From an uncultured Pseudomonadota bacterium (lineage in GTDB: Bacteria > Oederibacteriota > Muellerivitia > Muellerivitales > Muellerivitaceae), in the NCBI GenBank assembly GCA_963836235.1, contig CAWIIP010000005.1, positions 64,001 to 128,000 on the forward strand: 64,000 nt of DNA, read 5' to 3'. Below are positions 1-11,664 of the stretch, piece after piece. Under the pieces are notes generated by a model. The model had not been told where the DNA came from. It saw nothing but the letters and a program-made list of their open reading frames with translations, and did no database searches. Within the stretch, counting starts at the first letter, position 1, and every line of letters starts with the position of its first letter. The position numbers and the translations under genes were made by a program.

Positions 1-2
1 TT

Positions 3-707
3 TTGCTCGGAGAGCGCCTGGATGGCGCCGCCCGCCGTGCCGTCATTGGAAACCAAAACCGCGTCCACTTTGTTGTTGTTCTTGGTCAGGGCATTCTCGG
101 TAATTTTCAGGGCTTCAACCGCTTGCCAATCCGTGGCCCATTGGTCCACGACCACCTTGATGTCCCCCTTATCCACGTAGGGTTTCAGGATATTCATCTG
201 TCCCTGGCGGAACATGATGGCGTTGTGGTCCGTTGGGGCCCCGCCGATCAGCACATAATTCCCTTTGGGCTGATGCTTAACGAGATAGTCAGCCTGCATC
301 TCTCCCACTTTCACGTTGTCAAAGGAAACATAAAGGTCCAGGTCACAATCATTGATGAGCCGGTCATAGGCAAGTACGGGAACACCCGCCTTGTGAGCCG
401 ACTCCACGATAGTGGCCGCGCTCTTTCCATTATGGGGAACCACTACCAAGACGTTTACGCCCTCGGTCAGGAGGTTCTCGGCTTGGGAATTTTGGAGGGC
501 GTCATCCGAATTGGCGGCCTGCACCAGCACATCCGCCCCCAGGGCCTTGCACTTGGCCACGAAAAGATCGCGGTCGTGCTGCCAGCGTTCTTCCTTGAGG
601 GTATCCAGCGAAAGCCCGATTTTAATTTTGTTGTTTGATCCATGATTTCCACATCCCGCCAGCAAAACAATGGCCAATCCAAAGACCGCCAAGGGCTTCA
701 ATCGCAT
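3..707 (-). CDS. xylF: D-xylose ABC transporter substrate-binding lipoprotein (3' end outside window)
   Basis: Absent from the ORF track because its stop lies outside the window. Hand translation from ATG 707 (GGAGG RBS upstream) gives MRLKPLAVFGLAIVLLAGC (lipobox), then KIGLSLDTLKEERWQHDRD...AYDRLI...SFDNVKVG...SNDGTAGG, typical XylF motifs. Confidence 0.85.
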   Translation of the reverse strand, partial: MRLKPLAVFGLAIVLLAGCGNHGSNNKIKIGLSLDTLKEERWQHDRDLFVAKCKALGADVLVQAANSDDALQNSQAENLLTEGVNVLVVVPHNGKSAATIVESAHKAGVPVLAYDRLINDCDLDLYVSFDNVKVGEMQADYLVKHQPKGNYVLIGGAPTDHNAIMFRQGQMNILKPYVDKGDIKVVVDQWATDWQAVEALKITENALTKNNNKVDAVLVSNDGTAGGAIQALSEQ

Positions 708-920
708 GGGTTCCTCCCAGTGGTATTAAAAGGCGAATAGGATTATAAGGCATGTGCGAGCGGGGGAAAAAAAGATTCAAAGATTTAACCCTCAAAAAAA
801 CCGCCATTGAAACAACAGTCCTTGTTTTCCAGGTTGTTTCACCACCGAACCTGGTTGACTAAAAATTTGTTTTTTGTAATCCTCATGCAGGAATTACTAA
901 TCCCGGCCTCAGAATGAACC

Positions 921-1952
921 ATGCCCAAATTGGACCAATATCTCCAAGTCTGTATTGACGGAAAAGGTTCCGACCTTCACGTCTCCTCCGAGTCCCCCGT
1001 TTATGTGCGCCAATTGGGCAGACTCCAACCTATCACCGAACCTCTTCCGGTCCAAACCTGCGAGGAACTGATTTTCGAAATCCTAGACCCCGCCACCGCC
1101 GATAGACTGAAGACGGAATGGGAAGTGGACACTTCCTACACCATGGCCAGCGGGGAGCGCTTCCGGGTTAACGCCTACCGCCAACGCAAGGGTTGGGACG
1201 CGGTGCTGCGCCATTTCAGTTCCCGGGTCGCCTCCATCGACGAGCTGGGCTTGCCGCCCATTCTGAAAAAATTTTCCGACGCCAACCAGGGCCTCATCCT
1301 CATCACCGGTCCCGGCCGTTCCGGCAAATCCACCACCTGTGCCGCGCTGGTGGACTACATGAACCAGGAAAGTGAGGAGCACATCATTACCATTGAGGAT
1401 CCGGTGGAATATATTCACCAGCGCAAGCGCTCCCTCATCAACCAACGCAGCGTTGGCCCCCACACCGCCAGCTTTTCGGCGGCTCTTCGCAGCGCCTTAC
1501 GGGAGGATCCGGATATCATCGTGGTGGGGGAAATGCGCGACACCGAAACCATGAGCCTGGCCTTGACCGCCGCTGAAACGGGGCATTTGGTCATCGGAAC
1601 CCTTCACACCGGTTCGGCTGCCGCCACTATTTCCCGCGTTATCAATCTTTTCCCTGCCGCCGAACAGTCCCAGGCCATCGCCAGCTTATCCGAGAGCCTG
1701 GTCGGCATCCTGTCCCAGCGCCTGTTGGTCAACGCCGAGGGGACCGCCATGGTTCCGGCTTTTGAGATTCTCGTGAATTCCCTTGCCATGGCCAACACCA
1801 TCCGAGCCGAGGAATACCACAGAATCCCATCGATGATTACCACCGGAAGCGCCGTTGGGATGCAAACCATGGAAGCCGCCTTGAAAGCCCTGGCCGCAGC
1901 CAAGAAAATCACCCAGGCTCAGGCAGACGAGATACTGCTGGAGGAGTCCTGA
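921..1952 (+). CDS. pilT: Type IV pilus retraction ATPase, PilT/PilU family (paralog 1)
   Basis: SDLH, RFRVNAY, Walker A GPGRSGKST, TIEDPVEY, LREDPDIIVVGEMRD, AAETGHLVIGTLHT. Confidence 0.88.
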   Translation: MPKLDQYLQVCIDGKGSDLHVSSESPVYVRQLGRLQPITEPLPVQTCEELIFEILDPATADRLKTEWEVDTSYTMASGERFRVNAYRQRKGWDAVLRHFSSRVASIDELGLPPILKKFSDANQGLILITGPGRSGKSTTCAALVDYMNQESEEHIITIEDPVEYIHQRKRSLINQRSVGPHTASFSAALRSALREDPDIIVVGEMRDTETMSLALTAAETGHLVIGTLHTGSAAATISRVINLFPAAEQSQAIASLSESLVGILSQRLLVNAEGTAMVPAFEILVNSLAMANTIRAEEYHRIPSMITTGSAVGMQTMEAALKALAAAKKITQAQADEILLEES

Positions 1953-3052
1953 TGGCAACCATCGACAGCCTTTTTGAGAAAATGGTGGAACGCAAAGCTT
2001 CCGATATGCACCTGACCATCGGCAACCCTCCCTTGATCCGCGTGCGGGGCGACTTGGTTCCTTTGGATGATTGGATCGTCACCGACCAGGTTCTGCATGT
2101 TCTTTTGTTTGAAACCATGACTCCGGAACAATGGGAATTGTGCTGGCAACGTCACGACTATGACTATGCCTATGAGGTTCCCGGGCTGGCCCGTTTCCGG
2201 TCCAACGTTTTTTTCAACCAACAGGGTATCGCCGCGGTGTTCCGGACTATCCCGGCCAAAATTTTGACGCTGGACGACCTCGGAATGCCCCCGGTCTTGA
2301 GGGAAATGTGCAAAGTGAAACGGGGACTCATTTTAGTTACCGGTCCCACGGGAAGCGGAAAATCCACGACTCTGGCGGGCATGATTGATGAAATCAATTC
2401 CAACCGGGAAGCCAATATCCTCACAATTGAGGACCCCATCGAGTTCGTCCACCCCGTGAAGAAATGCAAGATCACCCAGCGGGAAGTCCACCGTGACACC
2501 CATTCCTTTAAAGCGGCCCTGCGTTCCTCCATGCGCCAGGACCCGGACATCATTCTGGTGGGTGAAATGAGGGATTATGAGACTATTTCGTTAGCCATCG
2601 CCGCGGCGGAAATGGGCATTTTGGTCTTTGGAACCTTGCACACCAACTCCGCCGCAAAAACCATCGACCGCATCATCAATGTTTTTCCATCGGATGAACG
2701 GGAAAAAGCCCGTGGCGCCTTAGCCGCCAGCACGAAGGGCATCGTGGCCCAACAATTGTGCCCCACCAAGGACGGAAAAGGGCGTTGTGCGGCCATTGAG
2801 ATACTAACCTATGAAAGAAGCCTTCCCAACCTTATCCGTACCGGAAAAATCTCGGGGCTTAATTCCCTCATAGAATTAAGCGGCAAAGCGGGCATGCAAA
2901 CCATGGACCAGTGTCTGATGAGGTACTTGGAAGCCGACAAGATTACCGCCGAACAGGCTTATTTGAAGGCTAACGAGAAGAAACGGTTCCAACCCTTGAT
3001 GGAAAAAGAATTGGCCGAGGCAAAAAATGGAATCCAGAAATCCCACGCCTAA
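1952..3052 (+). CDS. pilT: Type IV pilus retraction ATPase, PilT/PilU family (paralog 2)
   Basis: ASDMHL, GPTGSGKST, TIEDPIEF, RQDPDIILVGEMRD, GTLHT; start overlaps the upstream stop (TGATG). Confidence 0.88.
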   Translation: MATIDSLFEKMVERKASDMHLTIGNPPLIRVRGDLVPLDDWIVTDQVLHVLLFETMTPEQWELCWQRHDYDYAYEVPGLARFRSNVFFNQQGIAAVFRTIPAKILTLDDLGMPPVLREMCKVKRGLILVTGPTGSGKSTTLAGMIDEINSNREANILTIEDPIEFVHPVKKCKITQREVHRDTHSFKAALRSSMRQDPDIILVGEMRDYETISLAIAAAEMGILVFGTLHTNSAAKTIDRIINVFPSDEREKARGALAASTKGIVAQQLCPTKDGKGRCAAIEILTYERSLPNLIRTGKISGLNSLIELSGKAGMQTMDQCLMRYLEADKITAEQAYLKANEKKRFQPLMEKELAEAKNGIQKSHA

Positions 3053-3076
3053 AAAAATAAAACTTTCCAAACCCAC

Positions 3077-3117
3077 AAAAAAAGGGTGGGCCCTTTGGGT
3101 CCACCCTTTTAATTTTT
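3077..3117. terminator. Bidirectional intrinsic terminator
   Basis: A-run, then aaagggtgggccc-ttt-gggtccaccctttt, then T-rich tail, between the convergent pilT and ahcY genes. Confidence 0.8.
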
Positions 3118-3146
3118 CAACTCAACCCCATCAACTACTAAACTTT

Positions 3147-4403
<1,257 letters not shown>

Positions 4404-4422
4404 TTAAATCGTTCCTCCGAAT

Positions 4423-4520
4423 ATTTACCGTCAAGACGCTAAGCGCCAAGAACGGCTTAAAGTTCAATTGCAAAAGAAGTCATGCCTTGAGCCACATCTT
4501 TTTGGCGTCTTGGCGGTGAA
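4423..4520. repeat. REP/MITE-like imperfect inverted repeat
   Basis: accgtcaagacgctaa (4427-4442) pairs with ttggcgtcttggcggt (4502-4517); extra cgccaag unit at 4444-4450. Confidence 0.5.
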
Positions 4521-4524
4521 ACGG

Positions 4525-5697
4525 CTATTTCAGTTTTGCGGCTTTACGAAGAGCGGCGGCTTTATCCGTTTTTTCCCAGGTGAAGTCCTTATCATGTCGT
4601 CCAAAGTGGCCGTAAGCGGCGGTCTTTTGATAAATAGGCCGGCGCAAATTGAGAGATTTCATGATTCCTCGCGGGGTCAGATCAAATACCTTGCGCACCA
4701 ACTGGGTGATTTGCTCTTCGGGAAGGCGTCCAGTTCCGAAGGTGTGGACTAGAACGCTGGTGGGTTCGGCCACGCCGATAGCGTAAGAAACCTGCACTTC
4801 ACATTGATCGGCCAAACCAGCCGCCACAATATTTTTGGCTACCCAACGCGCAGCGTAGGCAGCGGAGCGGTCGACCTTCGAAGGATCTTTTCCCGAAAAT
4901 GCGCCGCCACCATGGCGGCCGTATCCGCCATAGGTATCGACAATGATCTTGCGCCCGGTCAGGCCCGTATCGCCCAAGGGCCCTCCAATCTCGAAACGGC
5001 CAGTTGGGTTTACAAAAATCTTGGTTTTGCTGTCAATCATGTGGGAAGGAATGACTGGCTTGATCACATGGCGGATGACCTCCGCCCGAAGCTTGCTTTG
5101 GTTGACCGGAGCATGTTGGGTTGAAACTACCACCGCGTCCACGCGAACCGGCTTTCCACCAATGTATTCCACCGAAACCTGGCTTTTGCCATCAGGCCGC
5201 AGATAACTGATTTTCTTGGACTTGCGGACTTGCGCCAGTTTTTCCACTAAACGATGGGCCAGCATGATGGGAAGCGGCATCAGTTCTGGTGTTTCCCGGC
5301 AGGCGAATCCGAACATCATGCCCTGGTCACCCGCTCCACCCGTATCCACGCCCATAGCGATATCGGGCGATTGGCGGTTGATGGCCACGGAAACCCCGCA
5401 GGTATCCGCATCCAAGCCGGCCTTGGCGTCGATATAACCGATCTTTCGGATCGTATCCCGGACCACTTGGGTCCAGTTCACCTGGGCTTTGGTGGTGATT
5501 TCACCCGCCACCACCACCCAATTGCAAGTTAAAAGCGTTTCACAAGCGACACGGCTAAAGGGATCCTCTTTCAGGCAAGCGTCTAAAATTCCATCCGATA
5601 CCGCGTCCGCCACCTTGTCCGGATGGCCTTCGGTTACTGATTCCGACGTGAAAAAAAACTTTTCCTTGCCCAATGGCGAAAGCGCGGCACTCTTCAT
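4525..5697 (-). CDS. metK: S-adenosylmethionine synthetase
   Basis: [35 protein letters not shown]. Confidence 0.98.
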   Translation of the reverse strand: MKSAALSPLGKEKFFFTSESVTEGHPDKVADAVSDGILDACLKEDPFSRVACETLLTCNWVVVAGEITTKAQVNWTQVVRDTIRKIGYIDAKAGLDADTCGVSVAINRQSPDIAMGVDTGGAGDQGMMFGFACRETPELMPLPIMLAHRLVEKLAQVRKSKKISYLRPDGKSQVSVEYIGGKPVRVDAVVVSTQHAPVNQSKLRAEVIRHVIKPVIPSHMIDSKTKIFVNPTGRFEIGGPLGDTGLTGRKIIVDTYGGYGRHGGGAFSGKDPSKVDRSAAYAARWVAKNIVAAGLADQCEVQVSYAIGVAEPTSVLVHTFGTGRLPEEQITQLVRKVFDLTPRGIMKSLNLRRPIYQKTAAYGHFGRHDKDFTWEKTDKAAALRKAAKLK

Positions 5698-5892
5698 TCC
5701 AAATCTCCTTTGAGGGATAAATTAACATCATTAGCTGCTAACGATCAGTGAAGTTATGGCGTGGAGAAAACAATCATCCTTGTTAAAAGATACAGAAAAT
5801 CATTGACGAAAACGAAAGCCCTTATTCCATCTCTGGAAAAGGGCCAATTCAGAAAAGTAATTATAGGTTTTAAAGTCAAAATTTCAAACGAA

Positions 5893-6834
5893 CTATTTCA
5901 ATCCCGTGGTCGCGATACCCTGAATAAAGTACCTCTGTCCTACCAAGAAGATAATCGCAATCGGGATGGATACCAACAAGGATGCCGCCATCAAGAGGTG
6001 GTAATCTTGTCCATAGAGCGAAACGAAGTTTTTTAAGCCTAAAGACAGTGTTTTCTTGCTGTTGGAATCCAAATAAATCAGGGGGTTTAGGTAATCCATC
6101 CAGTTATAAACGAAGGCAAATACCGCAACGGTCGTAAGGGCTGGTTTACAAAGCGGCAATAGAATCCGCCAATAAACTCCAAAATTACTGCAACCATCGA
6201 TTTTAGCGGCTTCGTCCATCTCATAGGGAATGCTCATGAAAAACTGCCGCATCAGAAAAATGTTATAAGCTCCGCCCCCCAGAAAAGCAGGGACAATCAA
6301 GGGATAAAAGGTATCGTACCACCCCAAATTCTTAAAAAGTATGAAGGTCGGTATCATAGTCACTTGAGCCGGAACCATCATGGTAGCCAGGCACAAAAGA
6401 AACAGTGGGCCCCGACCCGGAAAACGAAGACGGGCGAAAGCAAAAGCCACCAGTGAGGAAGACATTGTTGCCCCCAAGCAACTCAAAACGGAAATCGTGA
6501 GGGTATTCACAATATAGGTAGTGAAAGTGATTCCATGGAAAGTGATTCCGAGGAAACTCCAATCTTCTCCGGAGTACATTCCCGAAATGGTCCAGGCTGT
6601 AGGATAATTTTCAAAATGAAGAGGGTTCGGAATCCAAACAGGCGGAACCGAAAATACATCCGTCCTCGTTTTGAAAGAAGTGGAGAGCATCCAGACAATA
6701 GGCAACATCATGATGAAGGACCCAAAGATCAAAAGAGCTGAAACGACAATCTTAGTGATTTTCTCGGTGCGACGTTTGCTGGCCCAAAAGCCGTCTGGCG
6801 CGGCGGTCGGAGAGGCGATGGTTTGTTCGGTCAT
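5893..6834 (-). CDS. Carbohydrate ABC transporter permease (MalG-like)
   Basis: Six TM segments, EAA motif EAAKIDGCS. Confidence 0.92.
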   Translation of the reverse strand: MTEQTIASPTAAPDGFWASKRRTEKITKIVVSALLIFGSFIMMLPIVWMLSTSFKTRTDVFSVPPVWIPNPLHFENYPTAWTISGMYSGEDWSFLGITFHGITFTTYIVNTLTISVLSCLGATMSSSLVAFAFARLRFPGRGPLFLLCLATMMVPAQVTMIPTFILFKNLGWYDTFYPLIVPAFLGGGAYNIFLMRQFFMSIPYEMDEAAKIDGCSNFGVYWRILLPLCKPALTTVAVFAFVYNWMDYLNPLIYLDSNSKKTLSLGLKNFVSLYGQDYHLLMAASLLVSIPIAIIFLVGQRYFIQGIATTGLK

Positions 6835-6841
6835 ATTTTCC

Positions 6842-7753
6842 CTATTTTCTCAATTCGCCTTCGTAGTAAACCCACTTGGAATATTTAAATTGAACCCAAG
6901 TGGCCAGCATAATCACGATGAATAAAACCCAAGACAAAGCCGAAGCGTAACCCATTTGGTAATATTTGAAAGCTTTTTGATAAATATAAAGAACCATCAC
7001 CAAAGTGGAATCCGCCGGGCCGCCCAATCCATCAGTCATAACGTCTACTTGCGTAAAAATTTGAAAGGAACTGACAATGGAAATGATCAATTGAAAAAAC
7101 ATAACCGGCGAAAGACCAGGCAGGGTAACGGTTAAGAACTGTTGCCAACGATTCGCCCCGTCAATTTCAGCGGCTTCATAAAGTGCCGTGGGAATACCCT
7201 GGAGTCCGGCCAGATAAATGATCATGCTACCGCCGACTCCCCAAAGACTCATGATTACCAGTGCGGGCTTGCTCCAAACCTCGCTAGCCATCCACTTGGG
7301 GCAATCCGACATAGGAATGCCTGTCAAAAGGGAAATCATGTAGTTCAAAAGTCCGGAATCCGCGTTGAAAATCCATTTCCAAAGAACCGCAACGGCCACA
7401 CCCGCACCCACAACGGACGGAAGATAAAAAAGCGTCCTGTAAAGGCCAATCCCTTTTACCTTTTGGTTCATCAAGAGGGCCACCACAATGGACAAAACCA
7501 ATCCAGGAAGAACGGAAAGGATAGTGAAATAGGCCGTATTCCCCATGGCTTTCCAAAACCGCGGGTCATTGAAAAACATTTCTTTATAGTTGTCTAAACC
7601 CACAAACTGGATGGGAGTCAATATGTCCCATTTGCAGAAAGATAGGAAAAAAGCCGCCAATATGGGCCCACCCATAATAAAAACCATCCAAATCAAAAAA
7701 GGTATTAGGAAAATAAAAGCACTAATAGCTTCTTTACGTTCGGCGGATGTCAT
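6842..7753 (-). CDS. Carbohydrate ABC transporter permease (MalF-like)
   Basis: FVGLDNY, YLAGLQGIP..LYEAAEIDGA, AF..Y.MGYASA. Confidence 0.92.
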   Translation of the reverse strand: MTSAERKEAISAFIFLIPFLIWMVFIMGGPILAAFFLSFCKWDILTPIQFVGLDNYKEMFFNDPRFWKAMGNTAYFTILSVLPGLVLSIVVALLMNQKVKGIGLYRTLFYLPSVVGAGVAVAVLWKWIFNADSGLLNYMISLLTGIPMSDCPKWMASEVWSKPALVIMSLWGVGGSMIIYLAGLQGIPTALYEAAEIDGANRWQQFLTVTLPGLSPVMFFQLIISIVSSFQIFTQVDVMTDGLGGPADSTLVMVLYIYQKAFKYYQMGYASALSWVLFIVIMLATWVQFKYSKWVYYEGELRK

Positions 7754-7768
7754 TCTTCGTCGGTCTCC

Positions 7769-9061
7769 CTATTGAACTTGCGGCGGATTTTTTTCAAGCA
7801 AAGGTTTTAGATTTTCCATGGCTTGTTCGGCCGTTTCCGTTCCGTTCCAAACTTTATCCATCTCCGGGTTGATAATGCTGTCGTGGACTTCCAACCAGTT
7901 CTTGCACATGGGATTGTATTTCACGTACTTCATGGCTTCCAAAATCATTTTCTTATTTTTCGGGTCTTGACCATCGAGGAAAATGGGAGAATTTGATACC
8001 GACATGATGGCCGGTTGGGCCAGCCCAGTGGCCGCCAGTTTTTTCGCTCCCTCTTGGCCAGCGATATATTTCACTAAATCCCAAGCCTCTTTCTTGTTGG
8101 CCGAGGACTTTAATATCCCATAGCCCGATCCGCCCGAGGAAAATCCTCGGAAACCGCTTGGGCTTTTAGGCAACATGACCACATCCCAATTGAGATCCTT
8201 GGCTCGGCGGAAGGTGGGGGTCTTCCAGAGCCCCGAGAGGAACATCGCCACGGTTCCATTCGTGAACATGTCACCCGTGCCCATGCCGCCCATGGCCGTC
8301 AACCCCGAAGGCGGAAGCATGACTTTGTATTTGTTAATCAAGTCGGCGCGGAATTGGATTCCCTTGAGAGTGTTTGGATCTGTGGCAAAAGTCCACTTAG
8401 TGGGATGTTTCACGTCATCGGTAAAACTGCCGCCTGCGTCATAAACCCAGGCGTCAAAAAGTGGCCAATCTTCCACGTAGCCCCAACGGGTGACCTTGCC
8501 GGAAGCATCGGTTTTCATGACTTTCTTGCCAGCGGCCACGAATTGGCTCCAATCCCAATCGTCGGCGGGATAAGGAACGCCGGCCTCGTCAAAAGCTTTC
8601 TTGTTGTAGTAAACCACTCCAATAGGAGCCGTGTCCCGCGGAATGACATAAGTTTGGTTATCAACCGTATAACGGTCTATGACCTGGGGATAATAAGCAT
8701 TCAAGTCCAAATGGTCGGCTTGGATGTAAGGATTCAAGGGCTCCAAAGCCCCCCGCAAATAAAAGCTGACAAAATTATTGGCTTCCACAAAGATCACATC
8801 AGGGGCTTCCCCGCCAGCGATCTGAGTCAAAAGATGCTGAACGTAATCCGGAAATGCCGTGCGTTCCAAGACGGCGGTGACGCCAGGATGGGATTGGTTG
8901 TATTGGTTAATAAGATCAACGAGGATTTGATTTTCTTCGGGAGAACCCCAAGAAGAAACCCGGATTTTAGTCCCTCCGCCCTTGGAACATCCCGTCAAAA
9001 CAAAAGTTGTCGCAAGAATCAAACATACAAAACCAGCCAAAACCAACCGAAGATTTTTCAT
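7769..9061 (-). CDS. Sugar ABC transporter substrate-binding lipoprotein (SBP family 1)
   Basis: Start moved to ATG 9061 (GGAGG RBS); lipobox VLTGC; APDV, YYNKKAFDEAG, KEAWDLVKY. Confidence 0.9.
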   Translation of the reverse strand: MKNLRLVLAGFVCLILATTFVLTGCSKGGGTKIRVSSWGSPEENQILVDLINQYNQSHPGVTAVLERTAFPDYVQHLLTQIAGGEAPDVIFVEANNFVSFYLRGALEPLNPYIQADHLDLNAYYPQVIDRYTVDNQTYVIPRDTAPIGVVYYNKKAFDEAGVPYPADDWDWSQFVAAGKKVMKTDASGKVTRWGYVEDWPLFDAWVYDAGGSFTDDVKHPTKWTFATDPNTLKGIQFRADLINKYKVMLPPSGLTAMGGMGTGDMFTNGTVAMFLSGLWKTPTFRRAKDLNWDVVMLPKSPSGFRGFSSGGSGYGILKSSANKKEAWDLVKYIAGQEGAKKLAATGLAQPAIMSVSNSPIFLDGQDPKNKKMILEAMKYVKYNPMCKNWLEVHDSIINPEMDKVWNGTETAEQAMENLKPLLEKNPPQVQ

Positions 9062-9373
9062 GAAACCTCCCAAACAGGTACTGGGTGTCTTTTGTTGGAT
9101 GAAACGGAAAGGGCTCAAACGGTGTACAGTATGTCATAGCCCCCAATGGTCGTCAACGAAGAAAACCCCGCCACCTTTATTCGACGAGAATTTTTTTAAA
9201 GAAAGCGCTTGCTAATACACGAACTCGGCAAGGTTCCCAATTCCTTCAAAATGACCACAAGAAAAAATGAATTTTTCTTTGTGGTTAAGATGGTTAGGTT
9301 AGAATTGTTGCTCGGTTTTCCCTGCAATCTTTTACCATTGCTGAAAACCTTCAATCTTTTAAAGGAAACATCA

Positions 9374-11656
9374 ATGAAAAACCAATTTGTTGCAATGGCA
9401 TTGTTGCTTTTATCAGCATCATCTTTAGTTGCGACTCAAAGCATTTCTTCTTCTAGTGCCAAGACACCTGCCAAACCCAAGGCTTCTCCAAGCCGTTCTC
9501 CTATCGATGCTAAAGTGAATGCCCTTTTGGCGAAAATGACCTTGGACGAAAAAATTGGCCAAATGGTTCAGTACGCGCCTTGGAAATCCACCGAAGACAA
9601 GATCAAGGGTGAAACAGCCCAAGGACAAGTCGGCTCCCTACTGAATGTATTCGGGGCGAAGAACGCCAATGAATACCAAAAAATCGCCGTCGATCAAACC
9701 CGCCTTCATATCCCTCTCTTGTTTGGTCTTGATGTAATCCACGGTTACAAAACCATCTTTCCCATTCCCTTAGCGGAAGACTGCGCGTGGAATCCAGATT
9801 TGCTCCAAAAATGCGCTGGCGTGGCTGCCCAGGAAGCCTCTGCGGCAGGCGTACGCTGGACTTTTGCTCCCATGGTAGATGTTTCTCGTGAACCCCGGTG
9901 GGGCCGCATTTCGGAAGGTTCGGGAGAAGATCCCACGCTAGGTTCGATTCTTGCCACCGCTCGAGTCCACGGTTTCCAGGGCCAGCATTTAAGTGATCCG
10001 GGTTCTATCGCGGCCTGCGCTAAGCATTTCGTGGGTTACGGCGCTCCTGTAGCCGGTCGGGAATACAACACCACCGACATGTCGGAAGTTACTTTGCGTG
10101 AAATCCACTTGCCTCCCTTTAAAGCCGCGGTGGAAGCGGGGGTGGAAACTTTAATGAGCGGCTTCAATGATCTCAATGGCGTGCCCGCTTCCGGAAACAA
10201 ACATACTCTTCGAGAGATCCTAAAAGGCGAATGGGGGTTCAAAGGTTTCGTGGTTTCCGACTGGGCTTCCGTCCAACAACTTGTTACGCATGGGTTCGCG
10301 ACCGATAACAAGGACGCAACCATGAAAGGAGTTTTAGCGGGCGTTGATATGGATATGCAATCCCACGTTTATGGTGATTACATCTCCGAGTTGGTAAAAG
10401 AAAAGAAAATTCCCCTACGATTAATAAATGACGCGGTACGCCGCATCCTCAAGGTGAAATACGAATTGGGGCTTTTCGATAACCCTTATGCCGACGAATC
10501 TAAGGAAGCCGACCTCACCCTGACCCAGGCCAATCTCGACCTAGCCCTCCAAGAAGCGGAGCAATCCATCGTTCTTTTAAAAAACGACAAGAATCTGCTT
10601 CCACTTTCGAAGAACCTGAAAGCCATTGCCGTTATTGGATCGCTTGCCAATTCCAAGCTCGATCCCCTGGGTTCCTGGCATTGTCGCGGCGAAGATGTTT
10701 TGGATAAGGTCACCACCGTTCTGGACGGCATCAAGTCCAAGGTTTCGCCTGATTGCAAGATCCTTTACGCCCCGGGGGTAGGCGTCACGACGGAAACAAC
10801 AACCGATAAATCCTTGACCGAAGCGGTTGACACCGCCAAAAAATCTCAAATAGCCATCGTCGTCGTTGGCGAAACCCAGAACATGAGCGGTGAAGCCGCC
10901 GCCCGCACCTCCCTCGATCTACCAGGCCGCCAGGAAGAGATGGTGAAGGCCCTCCAAGCAACGGGCGTACCAGTAGTCTTGGTCTTGATGAACGGACGCC
11001 CCCTCACCATTCCTTGGGAAGCGGAACATCTCCCCGCCATCGTGGAAAGCTGGTTTTTGGGAACCCAACAGGGGAACGCCTTAGCCAATATTCTTTTCGG
11101 CGACACGAATCCTTCCGGCAAGTTAGTGGTAACTTTCCCCCGCAACTTGGGACAAGTTCCCATTTACTACGCTCAAATGACCACGGGCCGCCCGAACATC
11201 GGGAAGGAAAAATGGGAATCAAGATATATCGATTCTCCCAATAGTCCGCAATTTCCTTTCGGCTTCGGCTTAAGCTATACACAGTTTGATTACAGCAACC
11301 TGGTTTTAAGCGATAAAACCCTTGGCCTCTCCGGCCTGTTGAAGATCACCGCCATGGTGAAGAATACGGGCGCCATCAAGGGAAGCGAAATCGTCCAGCT
11401 TTATATCCAAGATATCGCGGCTAACATTACCCAACCCATTCGAAAGCTGATGGATTTCAAACGCCTGACGCTAGAAGCCGGTGAAAGCCAATTGGTGGAG
11501 TTTGATCTTCCCGCCTCCAAACTCGGTTATTACAACGAATTGGGAAAATATGTCGTGGAACCCGGAAAATTCAACCTTTGGGTGGCCAAGGATTCCACCG
11601 ACAGCGCTTTGACAGACTCCTTCGAATTGACCGGAATTCTTAAAGCCGTCCATTAA
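9374..11656 (+). CDS. bglX: Secreted GH3 beta-glucosidase
   Basis: Start at ATG 9374 with signal peptide; DVIHG, RWGRISEG.GED, KHF, nucleophile VVSDW, SGE, FPFGFGLSY, C-terminal Fn3-like domain. Confidence 0.9.
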   Translation: MKNQFVAMALLLLSASSLVATQSISSSSAKTPAKPKASPSRSPIDAKVNALLAKMTLDEKIGQMVQYAPWKSTEDKIKGETAQGQVGSLLNVFGAKNANEYQKIAVDQTRLHIPLLFGLDVIHGYKTIFPIPLAEDCAWNPDLLQKCAGVAAQEASAAGVRWTFAPMVDVSREPRWGRISEGSGEDPTLGSILATARVHGFQGQHLSDPGSIAACAKHFVGYGAPVAGREYNTTDMSEVTLREIHLPPFKAAVEAGVETLMSGFNDLNGVPASGNKHTLREILKGEWGFKGFVVSDWASVQQLVTHGFATDNKDATMKGVLAGVDMDMQSHVYGDYISELVKEKKIPLRLINDAVRRILKVKYELGLFDNPYADESKEADLTLTQANLDLALQEAEQSIVLLKNDKNLLPLSKNLKAIAVIGSLANSKLDPLGSWHCRGEDVLDKVTTVLDGIKSKVSPDCKILYAPGVGVTTETTTDKSLTEAVDTAKKSQIAIVVVGETQNMSGEAAARTSLDLPGRQEEMVKALQATGVPVVLVLMNGRPLTIPWEAEHLPAIVESWFLGTQQGNALANILFGDTNPSGKLVVTFPRNLGQVPIYYAQMTTGRPNIGKEKWESRYIDSPNSPQFPFGFGLSYTQFDYSNLVLSDKTLGLSGLLKITAMVKNTGAIKGSEIVQLYIQDIAANITQPIRKLMDFKRLTLEAGESQLVEFDLPASKLGYYNELGKYVVEPGKFNLWVAKDSTDSALTDSFELTGILKAVH

Positions 11657-11664
11657 GGCTAATT

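Noticed and set aside
3-638. 211-aa plus-strand ORF
   Set aside because: Antisense shadow of the xylF-like gene on the minus strand
5698-5892. SAM riboswitch upstream of metK, or SAH riboswitch upstream of ahcY
   Set aside because: No recognisable SAM-I or SAH consensus seen by eye; an Rfam scan would be needed
8354-9139. 261-aa plus-strand ORF (and similar long antisense ORFs such as 46235-47122, 41138-41764, 31006-31575)
   Set aside because: Fully overlap well-supported genes on the opposite strand and show no motifs
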